Positions 52,968 through 63,900 of a DNA stretch of 64,000 nt are shown here, piece after piece. Each line of letters starts with the position of its first letter. Position 1 is the stretch's first letter. Where the stretch lies: NCBI GenBank assembly GCA_910587815.1, contig CAJUNK010000013.1:11481-75480 (forward strand), given 5' to 3'. This DNA comes from Candidatus Gastranaerophilales bacterium (GTDB taxonomy: Bacteria > Cyanobacteriota > Vampirovibrionia > Gastranaerophilales > Gastranaerophilaceae). A model generated the notes under the pieces. The model saw only the letters and a list, made by a program, of their open reading frames with translations, was not told the origin of the DNA and did not search any database. The position numbers and the translations under genes were made by a program.

Positions 52968-54203
52968 ATGAAATTAATCCAAAAAGATGGAATTGATATA
53001 CTGATTCAAAATGCCAAAAATACACCTAGAATGGCAGTTTGTACATATTTTTCAATCGACAAATCTGAAAAATATGCAGGGGTTTATACACTTTTTGCTA
53101 AACTATTGTTAAAGGGTACAAAAACGCGTTCTGCTCAGCAATTGGCTGATATTATTGAAAATAATGGAATTGAAACATCGGTAAAATGCAAACAGGATTA
53201 TGTAAAAGTTTCTACCTTGTTTTTAAATGAAGATTTTGATTTAGCGCTTAGTGTTTTGGCTGATATTTTGCAAAATTCTACATTTGATGAATTTGAAAAG
53301 GAAGTTTTTAAATTAAAGGGTGAAATTGTTGCAGATTTAGATTCACCGCAAATGAAAGCATCTGATGTTTTTATTGAAGGAATTTTTAAAAATCATTATT
53401 ATGGAAATTCTTATGCAAAAATATTATCTGATCTTGATAAAATACAAAAACAGGATGTTGCCGATGTTTTGACGCAAATTATGAGTGCGAAAAAAGTAAT
53501 ATCCATTGTGGGTGATTTTGCTGATGAAGATAGTATTGTTGAATATTTTGTTAAAAATTTCAATTTTATGAAGACTAATGAAACAGTTTCTGAAATTCCT
53601 GGTATTAAAAGTTTTTCTGGCGATAATGGCAAAGATAGAATTGTAAAAGTAGTAAAAAATGATGCAAAACAGGCGCAGGTTTTCCAGGGGTATATTGTGG
53701 ATACGCAATTTAGTGAAGATTATCCAAAAATTGCCATTATGAATAATCTTTTGGGTTCATCAGGTTTATCCAGCAGATTATTTGTGGAACTTCGCGATAA
53801 ACAAGGGCTTGCATACGTTGTAAGGAGTGCACTTGAGCCTTTAGCGCATTCTTCGCTTTTCTATTTTTACATAGGAACTGAACCTAAAAATATTGAAAAA
53901 TCGTTATTAGGTTTTAAAAATGAGGTTCAAAAGCTGGTATCTAATGCGCCAAGTGATGTTGAAATCCAGGGGGCAAAAGAAAATATTACAGGAAGGCTTG
54001 AATATTTTTCACAAACAAATATGCAGATAGCAAGCATTGCAGGATATGATTATATTATGGGCCTTGGGCTTAATTATGAAGAAAAATATAAGAAAAAATT
54101 AAACCTTGTTACGGGTGATGATGTTTCAAAAATGGCTGAAAAATATCTTTTAAACCCAAGTATGATATCAATTTTAGCACCTGAAGAATATCTGAAATTT
54201 TGA
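52968..54203 (+). CDS. M16 family peptidase-like protein (no HxxEH; probably the non-catalytic partner)
   Basis: Same fold pattern and size, adjacent to the active subunit. Confidence 0.7.
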   Translation: MKLIQKDGIDILIQNAKNTPRMAVCTYFSIDKSEKYAGVYTLFAKLLLKGTKTRSAQQLADIIENNGIETSVKCKQDYVKVSTLFLNEDFDLALSVLADILQNSTFDEFEKEVFKLKGEIVADLDSPQMKASDVFIEGIFKNHYYGNSYAKILSDLDKIQKQDVADVLTQIMSAKKVISIVGDFADEDSIVEYFVKNFNFMKTNETVSEIPGIKSFSGDNGKDRIVKVVKNDAKQAQVFQGYIVDTQFSEDYPKIAIMNNLLGSSGLSSRLFVELRDKQGLAYVVRSALEPLAHSSLFYFYIGTEPKNIEKSLLGFKNEVQKLVSNAPSDVEIQGAKENITGRLEYFSQTNMQIASIAGYDYIMGLGLNYEEKYKKKLNLVTGDDVSKMAEKYLLNPSMISILAPEEYLKF

Positions 54204-54289
54204 ATTATAGCAAATGAAAAGTTTTAAAAATAATTACAAATTTGCATGTTTTTATTATGTAAATTAAAATTAAATTATTCTATTTTATT

Positions 54290-55900
54290 TTGGATGAAAA
54301 TATTTTGAGCACTGATATTAGAAGTATAAATAAAGAAATTAATAAATTTAAGAAAAACGGCGAAATTCAAAAGGCTATTGAATTTTGTCAAACTATCCTT
54401 TTAAAGGAACCAAATAGATATGACCTTCATGTGCGTCTTGGCGACCTTTATATGGATTGGCATTTAGATGTTTATCAGGCAAAACAATATATTGATGAAG
54501 CCATAACCCAGTATCAAAGAGCATCAGAGGCTTTGATTGATAACGGGGATATTTATTACAAAATAGGGTTTGCCTTTTTTCATAAAGGCGAACTTGACCG
54601 TGCTATAAATTATTTTAATCTTGCAATTAAAAATGGTGCAGATAGGGCGCAATGTCACTATATGATGGCACAGTGCCTTAAAAAGAAAGATAGATATACA
54701 GATGCTCTTGAAGAAGCAAATATGGCGCTGAAATTTACATTTTTTAAATCTTCAAGAATACATTATTTAAAACATAGGCTTTTAAAGGTTTTATTTTTTT
54801 CATCTTTTAAAACAAAATTTCAAAGCGGGGTAGAGCTTTTATTGTCTTATCTTTTCTTGCTTTTTGATAGAGAAGCAAAGAAAGATTTTGTTCAAAAATT
54901 AAAAATTATTGTTATTTTTCCTGATTTAGTAAAGGCATTCTATCTTTGTAAAATAAAAGATTTTGATAATGCTATTGAATGCTATATAAAAATGATTGAT
55001 AAAGTGCCGGGGTTTACGCCATTATATTGCCTTTTGGGGGATATTTATCGTGCAATAGGTAAACATGAAGAAGCAATTATTGAATACAAAATGGCAAGAT
55101 GGATTGATTCATTATGTTTTTCTGCTTATTCAGGACTTGTTCAGGCTTATGAAGAAATGGGCGATTATGATAACGCCATAAATACATATACAAAATTTAT
55201 CTCAATTCACCCAAACAATGCTATTTTACATAGCAATATTGCAAATTTATATTTTATGAAAGGTGAATACGAACAGGCAGTGTCACATTATCAAAGCGCT
55301 ATTACCTTAAATCCAAAACAAGATTGGACAAGTATTGTGGCACAAACATTAGGGTATGTGCAGCAAAATGTTATTAAAAATACCGATGCCGCTATTCAAG
55401 CTTTTCAGTCTGCCTATCTTTTAACACCTAAAGAATTAGATGTTTACATCAGTCTTGGCAGCGCATTTTATGATAAAGAGGATTATAAAAATTCTTTAAT
55501 TATTTATAGGCGTGCACTTGAACTTGAACCAAATAATGCCAAAATTCACTGCAATTTGGGATATTTATACTGGGGTATGGGTGAATTATCTGAAGCTATT
55601 AAAGAATACGAACTTTCAATAAAATACGATTATACTTATGCTATTGCGCATAATAATTTAGGTGTAATTTATCTTGATGATTTAGCGCATATTCAAAAAG
55701 CAACTGAATGTTTCAAGGCTGCAATTGAAGCGAATCCTAATTATGCGCTTGCATATTATAATCTTGCAAGGTCGCTTTCAATAAAAGGTGAAAAGGTAGA
55801 AGCTGCAAAATTCTTCCAAATTGCTTATGATATAAATAGCATCACAAATGAAATTGACCCTGCTGAAATTCAAGATAGATTGAATAATCTTTTCGAATAG
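54290..55900 (+). CDS. TPR-repeat protein
   Basis: Repeated A-x-x-x-Y-x-x-A-hydrophobic-x-x-x-P-x-x 34-residue units throughout. Confidence 0.8.
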   Translation: MDENILSTDIRSINKEINKFKKNGEIQKAIEFCQTILLKEPNRYDLHVRLGDLYMDWHLDVYQAKQYIDEAITQYQRASEALIDNGDIYYKIGFAFFHKGELDRAINYFNLAIKNGADRAQCHYMMAQCLKKKDRYTDALEEANMALKFTFFKSSRIHYLKHRLLKVLFFSSFKTKFQSGVELLLSYLFLLFDREAKKDFVQKLKIIVIFPDLVKAFYLCKIKDFDNAIECYIKMIDKVPGFTPLYCLLGDIYRAIGKHEEAIIEYKMARWIDSLCFSAYSGLVQAYEEMGDYDNAINTYTKFISIHPNNAILHSNIANLYFMKGEYEQAVSHYQSAITLNPKQDWTSIVAQTLGYVQQNVIKNTDAAIQAFQSAYLLTPKELDVYISLGSAFYDKEDYKNSLIIYRRALELEPNNAKIHCNLGYLYWGMGELSEAIKEYELSIKYDYTYAIAHNNLGVIYLDDLAHIQKATECFKAAIEANPNYALAYYNLARSLSIKGEKVEAAKFFQIAYDINSITNEIDPAEIQDRLNNLFE

Positions 55901-55956
55901 CAAAATAGCCTAAAAGGGCGGTATCTAAAAATGATTATAATGTATAAAATTTAGCT

Positions 55957-56922
55957 ATGTTGTGGGCATTTATTTTAAAAAGAATATTTCAAAGTATACC
56001 AATTATTATAATGGTTTCTATCATTAGCTTTTTTCTAATAAGGCTGTCTCCTGTAGATCCATTGGCTGAATTAAAGTTAAATCCTGCAATTTCAAAAGAA
56101 ACTTTAGAATATGAAAAGCAGCGCCTTGGGCTTGATAAGCCTATTTATATGCAATATGTTTATTGGGCGAAAAATTTCATAAAAGGGGATATGGGAACAT
56201 CTGTCACAGGTGAAAAGGTTTCATCTAAAATAAAGGAAAGAATGCTAAATACCCTACTATTATCGTTTAGCGTACTTTTTTGGACATGGATAATCGGAAT
56301 TCCAATTGGCGTTATTGCGGCATTAAACTATAGAAGTGTCTATGATAGGTTTCTTACCATATTTTCATCAATCGGTATGGCAATTCCATCATTTTTCTTT
56401 GCCATTTTGCTCTTAATATTCGCGCAAAAAACCGGGCTTTTTCCAATAGGCGGGCTTACTTCAGCTGGTTTTTACAACATGAATATTTTTGAAAAAACAC
56501 TTGATGTAATCCACCATCTTTTCTTGCCAACCCTTGTTTTGACGACGATTTCCCTTGCGGGGTTATCCCGTCAAATGAGGGCAAATCTATTGGATGTTTT
56601 AGATAGTGATTATGTTAAATTCGCACGTGCAAGAGGATTATCGGAAACAAAGGTGATAATAAAACATGCACTTCGAAATGCAATTAACCCCCTTGTAACC
56701 CTTTTAGGGTTTGAATTTGCAGGTCTTTTGTCAGGTGCAGCACTTACTGAATATGTTTTTCAATATCCAGGCCTTGGTCGCCTTATTTTGGAGGCTGTTT
56801 TGAAATCTGATATAAACCTTGTTATGGCAAGCCTTATGATAGGTTCATTTATGCTTATCTTGGGAAATATTTTGGCTGATATTCTCCTTAAAATAACAGA
56901 TCCAAGGGTGAGGGTGGGCTAG
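55957..56922 (+). CDS. ABC transporter permease (peptide/nickel type, OppB/DppB-like)
   Basis: N-terminal FILKRIFQSIPII and the EAA loop region DYVKFARARGLSE. Confidence 0.85.
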   Translation: MLWAFILKRIFQSIPIIIMVSIISFFLIRLSPVDPLAELKLNPAISKETLEYEKQRLGLDKPIYMQYVYWAKNFIKGDMGTSVTGEKVSSKIKERMLNTLLLSFSVLFWTWIIGIPIGVIAALNYRSVYDRFLTIFSSIGMAIPSFFFAILLLIFAQKTGLFPIGGLTSAGFYNMNIFEKTLDVIHHLFLPTLVLTTISLAGLSRQMRANLLDVLDSDYVKFARARGLSETKVIIKHALRNAINPLVTLLGFEFAGLLSGAALTEYVFQYPGLGRLILEAVLKSDINLVMASLMIGSFMLILGNILADILLKITDPRVRVG

Positions 56923-58007
56923 TGCAAGGTAAAATTATGATTAAAAACCCCAAGATGAGGCAATTTTTAAAAGATAAAATTAGTGTCAGCGCGTTTTTTG
57001 TGCTAGTCATTCTTTATACTGCAATACTTTTTGCAGGCTTTTTTGCCACATATTCTAAAGAATATTCAAATAGAAAATTATCATACGCTCCACCTTCAAA
57101 TGTTTATTTCATAGATAAAGAAGGTAGATTTACAAAACCATATACTTACAACTATAATAGGGTACTTAATAAAGACACATTAAGTGTGGAATATAGGCAA
57201 GATAGGACAAAAAAATATTATTTAAAATTCTTTAAAAAAGGTTTTGAATATAAATTTTTGGGTTTAATACCTTGCACGCGCCATTTTATAAGCGTAGAAG
57301 ATGGAGGGGAATTATATCTGCTTGGCCTTGATATAAATGGCAGGGATAATTTTTCCAGGATATTATATGGCGGGCAAATCTCTCTTACTATTGGTTTTTT
57401 GGCTCTTTTTATATCTTTTCCTATAGGTCTTTTGTATGGTGGTGCTTCAGGATATTTAGGGGGCTTTATTGATACTCTTATGATGCGCTTTGCTGAAGCC
57501 ATTATGTCTATTCCAAGTTTTTATCTTTTAATTATTTTAGCTGCCATTTTACCATCCGGAATGACAAGCTCGCAGAGGTTTGCGCTAATTACTGTTATTT
57601 TGGCACTTATAGGCTGGGCGGGTTTTGCCCGTGTAGTACGCGGCATGGTATTATCCATCAAAACCCAAGATTATATAAGGGCGGCAGAGGTTTCAGGTGC
57701 TTCCAAAAAAAGGATAATTTTGAAACATATAATCCCTCAAACTTCAAGCTATGTAATTATTGCAATTGCATTATCCATTCCAAGCTATATTTTGGCAGAA
57801 TCCGGGCTTAGTTTTTTAGGGCTTGGAATTCAGCAGCCTGATGCTAGTTGGGGAAACATGCTGAAGGAAGCGCAAGAGTTTGCAAATATTGTATACAGGC
57901 CATGGCTTTTGGTTCCAGGATTTTTAATTTTTATTGCGGTTTTGTCATATAACTTAATAGGAGATACAATTCGCGATATTTTAGATCCCAAAAGCAAGGT
58001 GATGTAA
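56922..58007 (+). CDS. ABC transporter permease (OppC/DppC-like)
   Basis: LGLDINGRDNFSRILYGGQISL and DYIRAAEVSGASKKRII. Confidence 0.85.
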   Translation: MQGKIMIKNPKMRQFLKDKISVSAFFVLVILYTAILFAGFFATYSKEYSNRKLSYAPPSNVYFIDKEGRFTKPYTYNYNRVLNKDTLSVEYRQDRTKKYYLKFFKKGFEYKFLGLIPCTRHFISVEDGGELYLLGLDINGRDNFSRILYGGQISLTIGFLALFISFPIGLLYGGASGYLGGFIDTLMMRFAEAIMSIPSFYLLIILAAILPSGMTSSQRFALITVILALIGWAGFARVVRGMVLSIKTQDYIRAAEVSGASKKRIILKHIIPQTSSYVIIAIALSIPSYILAESGLSFLGLGIQQPDASWGNMLKEAQEFANIVYRPWLLVPGFLIFIAVLSYNLIGDTIRDILDPKSKVM

Positions 58008-58201
58008 TCTTATCAACTTTTGCTTTTAGTTAATCCTGGGCTTTGCCTGTGTTCTTGTTATAAATGTTTGGAATGAAAAAGAAAGTCAAAAACACTAATA
58101 AGATGTCATAGAAAACCGGACATTTTCTGTGAATATCCTACAAATCATGCCATGACATCCTTCCTTGTGCTATGCTAAAATTTGAGGAGTTTAAGTAAAT
58201 A

Positions 58202-58915
58202 ATGATAGATTATCTTTCTGCACTAGATTTTGAATATTTAATACTGCTTAGAATAGGCGCCTCCATTCTTTTTGCCTTTCTTTTGGGCTTGGAGCGTGAG
58301 GTGACAGGTAAATTTGCTGGGCTTCGCACGCATATTTTAGTTAGTGCCGGCGCCTGTGTTTTTACGCTTTTATCTATATATGGCTTTAAAATGCATATTG
58401 TGGAAGGTTTATCAGGAGTGAATGATCCTGCGCGTATTGCAGCTCAGATTATTACTGGTATTGGTTTTATTGGTGCAGGTTCTGTTATGCGCCATGGAAA
58501 TAACATTTATGGTATCACAACTGCGGCTACTTTATGGATGTGCGCTGCAATAGGGATGGCCTGTGGTACAGGAATGTATGCTATTGCTGCCACTGCAACA
58601 ATTTTTTCTTTAATTGTTTTAATTTTAATCAGACGTTTTGAAAGAAATTTTTTGTCCAGCAAAACCAATGAAGAAAAAATGCTTGAGATTAGGTTTTCTG
58701 CTCCAATAGTTTACATTGAGGAAATGGCAGAATTAGTGGATAAGAATTTTGATAAAATTCAAAAAATTGAAAGAAAAATTATAAATGATGACAGAGTAAG
58801 CAAGATTGTGATTAAAATGCGTATTTTGTCTAATTGTCAAATTTCTGCTGTAAATGATGTTTTTAAGGATAAAAATTTTATTGAAAAAATTGAAATTCAA
58901 GAAATTTATGAATAA
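58202..58915 (+). CDS. MgtC/SapB family membrane protein
   Basis: LRIGASILFAFLLGLEREVTGKFAGLRTHILV is the family signature. Confidence 0.85.
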   Translation: MIDYLSALDFEYLILLRIGASILFAFLLGLEREVTGKFAGLRTHILVSAGACVFTLLSIYGFKMHIVEGLSGVNDPARIAAQIITGIGFIGAGSVMRHGNNIYGITTAATLWMCAAIGMACGTGMYAIAATATIFSLIVLILIRRFERNFLSSKTNEEKMLEIRFSAPIVYIEEMAELVDKNFDKIQKIERKIINDDRVSKIVIKMRILSNCQISAVNDVFKDKNFIEKIEIQEIYE

Positions 58916-58975
58916 CTGTACTAAAAATTTTGCTTGTGGTATTGTTTAATTGTTAATAACTAAAATTGGAGCAAA

Positions 58976-61540
58976 ATGAGAGTCCACGAACTAGCAAAAG
59001 AATTAGGCGTTAGCGCCAAAGAATTAATGGAAAACGTAAAAGATAGGCTTGAAATTGTGTTCAAGTCGCATAGTGCTACTGTTTCGCAAGGAAACATAGA
59101 TAGAATTCGTGAACTTTATCAAAAACCTGCTGAAAAAAAAGCAAAACCTAAAGCTTTTATTGTAAAAAAAGCAAAGGTTGAAAAACCAGTTGAGGAAGAA
59201 AAAGAAGAAATTAAGGAAGAACCGCAGAAAATTACAATTTCTAAAGTTGTAAAGACAAGTACAGAAAAGCCTAAACCACCTGTTGTGGAAACTATTAAAG
59301 AAAGGCCAAGGCTTGAAATTGTTCGTCCTGCACCCAAACATATTGAAAAAAAATCTGAAAATGCCCCTGATGTTTCTGTGCAAAAGGCAGAACAAACACA
59401 GGTTCAAAAACCCATTCAAAGGCCTGTTGAAAACAGGATTCCTGATATTGCATCTTTAACCCGCAAAAATTTTGGCAAGCAGCCTCAAAAAGAAGAAGCT
59501 AAACCAAAAAAAGCAGATGAAAAATCAAAAGATAAGACTGCACAAAAGCAAAAACCTGCTGCTGATGCACCAAAAACACCTATTAAAAGACATATAATTT
59601 CACCTGATATGTATGCAAATCAGGATTTTAGAAACAAAAAGAAGAAAAAAGAAAAAAATTACAAAAATAAAGAAGAAGAGCAGGAAAGAATAAGCTTGGA
59701 AAAAACTGTACAATCCAAGCATAAAAAGCATGTTCAAGAAGAAGCACCTGTTGCTGAAGTTACCCAGGTGGTAATAAACAGACCAATGACTGTAGGTGAG
59801 CTTTCAGACAAAATCAATAAGACACCAGCGGAAATTATAAAGTTCTTGATGATGGAAAAAATTATGGTGACTGTGAATTCACCTATAGATATCGATACTG
59901 CTAAAAAAGTGGTTATAAATTTTGACATTGAGCCATTGGATGAAGATATTGATGCATTTATTCAAGAAGAAACTGAAAAAGAAGAAAAAAATAAAATTCT
60001 TCTTGAAGCTGATGAGAAATCTTTAATTAAAAGGGCGCCAGTTGTTACTATTATGGGTCATGTTGACCATGGTAAAACTACACTTTTGGATAGTATTCGT
60101 GCTTCAAAACATAAAATTGTATCAACAGAAGTTGGCGGAATTACCCAAAGCATTGGTGCCTACACCGTTTGGCAAGATGATAAGAAAATTGTATTTATTG
60201 ATACACCAGGCCATGAGGCTTTTACCCAAATGCGTGCAAGGGGTGCAAAATCAACAGATATAGCTATTTTGGTGGTTGCAGCAGATGATGGTGTGATGCC
60301 GCAGACAATTGAAGCTATAAATCACGCAAAATCAGCAAATGTACCTATTATTGTGGCTGTAAATAAGATGGATAAAGCCGATGCAGACCCTGACAGGGTT
60401 TTGCAGCAGATGACTGAATATGGCTTAGTTCCTGAAGCCTGGGGTGGAGATACTATCTGTGTGAAGGTTTCAGCTCTTCAAGGCAAGGGTATTGATGAAT
60501 TATTAGAATATATTTTGTTAGTTGCTGAAATGCAGGAATTAAAAGCTGTAAAAGATTGTCCTGGCCGCGGTGTTATTATTGAAGCCAATCTTGATAAGGG
60601 TAAGGGCCCTGTTGCTACAATGCTTGTGCAGAATGGTGTTTTAAAGGTTGGTGATTCAATTGTTGTGGGCACTGTGGGTGGAAAAGTCAGAGCATTATTG
60701 GATGATTCTGGTCAAAGAGTAAAAAGTGCTGGGCCATCCACTCCTGTTGAGATTTTAGGCTTAAATGAAGTTCCACAGGCAGGCGATTTCTTTGAAGTTG
60801 TTCAAAATGATAAAATGATGAAGCAAATTGTGGCTGAAAGAAAGCAGCAGGAACGTACAAATAGGCTTGAAGCTATGGCTGTGTCGCATGTTAAGAAAGA
60901 AGTTCTTGTAAATGATGAAATAAAGAATTTAAATTTAATAATTAAAGCGAATACAAATGGTTCTGCTGAAGCTGTTTCGCAAGCTATACAGAATGTGAAA
61001 TCTTCTCAGGTTATCCCAAAAATCATGCATGTTGGTGTTGGGGATATTTCAGAGGCTGATGTTATGCTTGCATCAGCAAGTAATGCAATAATACTGGGCT
61101 TTAGCGTGAAAGAAGACGCAAATGCTCTTGCTGCGGCTGAAAGAGAATATGTTCAAATTAAAAAATATGACATAATTTATCAGGTTTTAGAAGATGTAGA
61201 AAAGACCATGTTGTCCTTGTTAGAGCCTGAAATTCAAGAGGTGGAACTTGGTACAGCCGAAGTGCGCCAAATATTTACATTTGGTAAAACTGGCAAAATT
61301 GCAGGCTGTTATGTGCTTGAAGGCAAAATTGTCCGCTCAAAAACTGCAATTATCAAAAGAGGTGGCGTAGAAATATATAAAGGTGAAATAAATCAGTTGA
61401 AACGTTTCAAGGATGACGTTAAAGAAGTTGCCCAAGGTTTTGAATGCGGTATTTCTTTTGCCAAATTTAATGACCTGCAAGAAGGCGATATAATTGAGGT
61501 TTCAACTACAAAAGAGGTTGAAAGAAGCTCTCTTGTTTAG
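58976..61540 (+). CDS. infB: translation initiation factor IF-2
   Basis: [13 protein letters not shown]-terminus, K/E/P-rich linker, GTPase motifs [17 protein letters not shown] and NKMD. Confidence 0.97.
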   Translation: MRVHELAKELGVSAKELMENVKDRLEIVFKSHSATVSQGNIDRIRELYQKPAEKKAKPKAFIVKKAKVEKPVEEEKEEIKEEPQKITISKVVKTSTEKPKPPVVETIKERPRLEIVRPAPKHIEKKSENAPDVSVQKAEQTQVQKPIQRPVENRIPDIASLTRKNFGKQPQKEEAKPKKADEKSKDKTAQKQKPAADAPKTPIKRHIISPDMYANQDFRNKKKKKEKNYKNKEEEQERISLEKTVQSKHKKHVQEEAPVAEVTQVVINRPMTVGELSDKINKTPAEIIKFLMMEKIMVTVNSPIDIDTAKKVVINFDIEPLDEDIDAFIQEETEKEEKNKILLEADEKSLIKRAPVVTIMGHVDHGKTTLLDSIRASKHKIVSTEVGGITQSIGAYTVWQDDKKIVFIDTPGHEAFTQMRARGAKSTDIAILVVAADDGVMPQTIEAINHAKSANVPIIVAVNKMDKADADPDRVLQQMTEYGLVPEAWGGDTICVKVSALQGKGIDELLEYILLVAEMQELKAVKDCPGRGVIIEANLDKGKGPVATMLVQNGVLKVGDSIVVGTVGGKVRALLDDSGQRVKSAGPSTPVEILGLNEVPQAGDFFEVVQNDKMMKQIVAERKQQERTNRLEAMAVSHVKKEVLVNDEIKNLNLIIKANTNGSAEAVSQAIQNVKSSQVIPKIMHVGVGDISEADVMLASASNAIILGFSVKEDANALAAAEREYVQIKKYDIIYQVLEDVEKTMLSLLEPEIQEVELGTAEVRQIFTFGKTGKIAGCYVLEGKIVRSKTAIIKRGGVEIYKGEINQLKRFKDDVKEVAQGFECGISFAKFNDLQEGDIIEVSTTKEVERSSLV

Positions 61541-61718
61541 TCAAATTTGAATGTATATAATTCTACGTATCCTAAGAAAAACAGTTAAGTTTAATAACAT
61601 TTTTCTGATACACTATATGTGAAAAAAGACAAAATTCTTACATAAAATTCTTGAAAATATCCCAAAAATACAATAAAAAATAGAAAAATAATAACATATA
61701 AAAAAGGCGGAAAGCGGC

Positions 61719-62069
61719 ATGACACTAAGGAATGAGCGGGTTAGAAAAGCCCTGATGCGAGAAATATCTGATATTTTATTAAAAGACATAAAAGACCCTA
61801 ATGTGGCTGGAATCGTCTCTATTACTGATGTTGAGGTTTCTCATGATAATTCTTTTGCAAAAGTTTTTTATAGTGTGATGGCAGATGAAGAAGGGCGGAA
61901 ACGCACTGAGAAAGCTATTTTGAACGTAACACCAAAAATTCGTCACGAGGTAGGAAAGCGAATCAGGCTAAGACACACACCAGAGCTGCGTTTTGTCCTT
62001 GATGAATCCTTAGAGAGAGGTTTGCGCATTACAAAACTAATTGACCAAATTTCTAAAGGTGAGCTCTAA
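61719..62069 (+). CDS. rbfA: ribosome-binding factor A
   Basis: RVRKALMREISDILLKDIKDP...ITDVEVSHDNSFAKVFY...TPELRF, and infB-rbfA-truB synteny. Confidence 0.92.
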   Translation: MTLRNERVRKALMREISDILLKDIKDPNVAGIVSITDVEVSHDNSFAKVFYSVMADEEGRKRTEKAILNVTPKIRHEVGKRIRLRHTPELRFVLDESLERGLRITKLIDQISKGEL

Positions 62070-62070
62070 A

Positions 62071-63900
62071 ATGCCTGAAAATACAGGGCTTAACATAAAT
62101 AATCAGCCTGAAAACCCTGCTGATACTGTATTTTCTAAAGAAGATACCCTTGAAACACCCGCCAATACTGCATTTGACGTGCAAGATGCATCTAATGCGC
62201 AGTTGCACAATCCTTTGTCAAAAAATTTACAAATACCTGAAAAGCACCATAACCAGGTGCTTTTTACAACACATATACCCCAAAAGATGCAAAACCAGAC
62301 GCTTTTTACAATGCAAACTTCCCAAAATGCATCAAATCAGATGCTTTCCACGACACATATACCCCAAAATTTACAAACACCCGAAAAGCGTGAAGGCCAG
62401 GCGTTCTCCCATTCGCACACCTTGAATTTGCCCCATAAAAGCGGCCAAAATAATCCGCCTTGCTGTTTTTTGAATATCCTGAAACCCAAGGGTATTACTT
62501 CTTTTGACGTTATTTACAAGCTTCGAAAACTTCTAAAAATAAAGAAAATTGGTCATTCGGGCACCTTGGATCCTCTTGCAGAAGGTGTTATGCAGGTTGC
62601 TGTGGGTCAGGCCACGCGTTTGATTGATTATTTGGGCTCTGATAAAAAATATGTCGCAAATATAAAATTTGGCTATATTTCTGAAACGGGCGATGCAGAG
62701 GGTAAAATCACCCCGGTTAATACTCCAAACTTCACCTATAATAAGCTTTTAGCTGCAATTAAATCTCTAACCGGACAAATAGAACAGATTCCACCTGTTT
62801 ATAGCGCTATAAAGGTAGATGGGAAGAAGCTTTGTGACCTTGCAAGAGCTAATGCTAAAAAAAATAAAACTATAGAAAATCAGCACAATTTAAAATCTAT
62901 AAATAGCCATCAAAAACAAGGCCCCATGCCGGAAATCCTGAATCAATCACAAGAAAATCTTTCTCATCCAAGCCAAAACGACAATGCAAAAATTCTAAAA
63001 ACCTCTAATAATCATAATCTAGCGCGTCTTGCAATGCCCATAAACGACCCTGCTAAAACCCTGCAAACACGTTTTGACAACCCCTCTAACGCTGAATTTA
63101 CGGGCCTTTGCGCTACTGATGCCGCACAAAATAATTCATGCCAAAATGAACAAAATTTTTCATCTATGCCAAATACTGATTCTAATGATTTGTTAAATAG
63201 TATTAAGATTCCTAAACGTAATGTAACAATTTATGAGGTAAAAATTTTAAGTTTTGTAACAATTGATGGTAATAAATATGAAATTAATGATCAAAAACTT
63301 GAAATTTCCAGTAGTAATGCCATCCTGAAAAATAAAAATATTCCTTTAGAAGCTGAAAATTTGCAAATAACTGATGTTGAACTTGAAATTTTCTGTTCAA
63401 AAGGCACATATATACGCTCTTTTGCTGTGGATTTGGCTGCAAAATTAAACACGGGCGCATATCTTACTGCCCTAAAACGTACCATGGCTGGCAATTTTGC
63501 TATTGAAAATTCAATACAAATTGAGGATACGTGCCTGCAAAAACATGCCATTAATCCTATGATGGCGCTTGATTTGCCTGTTTATGAAATTTCAGAAGAT
63601 GAATATAAAATGGTGTTAAACGGCGTATCTTTTATGCAAAAAAGCCCTCAAACACAAAAAAGCCCCCAAGCACAAAAAAGCCCTCAAGCACAAAAAAGCC
63701 CTCAAACACAAGAAGCTTCTCAAGTAAAAGAAGGTTCTCAAACACATGAACTCTCCCAAATGCACTCATCCTCCCAAATTATAAATGCTCATCAAAAGGC
63801 AACAAATTCAAATGAAATTATGCTTGTTTTTGAACATAATCTTGTGTCAATTGCACATTTGCGCGATAATAAAATAGTTCCAAAAAAAGTCTTTAAATAG
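62071..63900 (+). CDS. truB: tRNA pseudouridine(55) synthase with large low-complexity insertions
   Basis: Core motifs LNILKPKGITSFDV, KIGHSGTLDPLAEGV, QIPPVYSAIKVDGKKL and CSKGTYIRSFAVDL are present but interrupted. ATG 62071 follows the rbfA stop. Confidence 0.85.
   Translation: MPENTGLNINNQPENPADTVFSKEDTLETPANTAFDVQDASNAQLHNPLSKNLQIPEKHHNQVLFTTHIPQKMQNQTLFTMQTSQNASNQMLSTTHIPQNLQTPEKREGQAFSHSHTLNLPHKSGQNNPPCCFLNILKPKGITSFDVIYKLRKLLKIKKIGHSGTLDPLAEGVMQVAVGQATRLIDYLGSDKKYVANIKFGYISETGDAEGKITPVNTPNFTYNKLLAAIKSLTGQIEQIPPVYSAIKVDGKKLCDLARANAKKNKTIENQHNLKSINSHQKQGPMPEILNQSQENLSHPSQNDNAKILKTSNNHNLARLAMPINDPAKTLQTRFDNPSNAEFTGLCATDAAQNNSCQNEQNFSSMPNTDSNDLLNSIKIPKRNVTIYEVKILSFVTIDGNKYEINDQKLEISSSNAILKNKNIPLEAENLQITDVELEIFCSKGTYIRSFAVDLAAKLNTGAYLTALKRTMAGNFAIENSIQIEDTCLQKHAINPMMALDLPVYEISEDEYKMVLNGVSFMQKSPQTQKSPQAQKSPQAQKSPQTQEASQVKEGSQTHELSQMHSSSQIINAHQKATNSNEIMLVFEHNLVSIAHLRDNKIVPKKVFK
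63637..63708 (+). repeat. 18-bp tandem repeat x4 (CAAAAAAGCCC(T/C)CAA(A/G)CA) encoding (QKSPQT/A)4 inside truB
   Basis: Units at 63637, 63655, 63673 and 63691, read directly. Confidence 0.95.

Noticed and set aside
58008-58201. Magnesium riboswitch (M-box) upstream of the MgtC-family gene
   Set aside because: The 194-nt leader is AT-rich with no extended conserved helices that I can match to the M-box or any other riboswitch. Only a covariance-model scan could settle it.
59024-59419. Antisense ORFs inside infB (59024-59419 and 59119-59337, minus strand)
   Set aside because: They are artefacts of the K/E/P-rich low-complexity linker of IF-2 and translate to F/N/R-rich nonsense.
63637-63708. 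Possible CRISPR array or non-coding satellite
   Set aside because: The units are directly abutting 18-bp repeats without spacers, in frame within truB, encoding QKSPQ(T/A) repeats. No cas genes are present.
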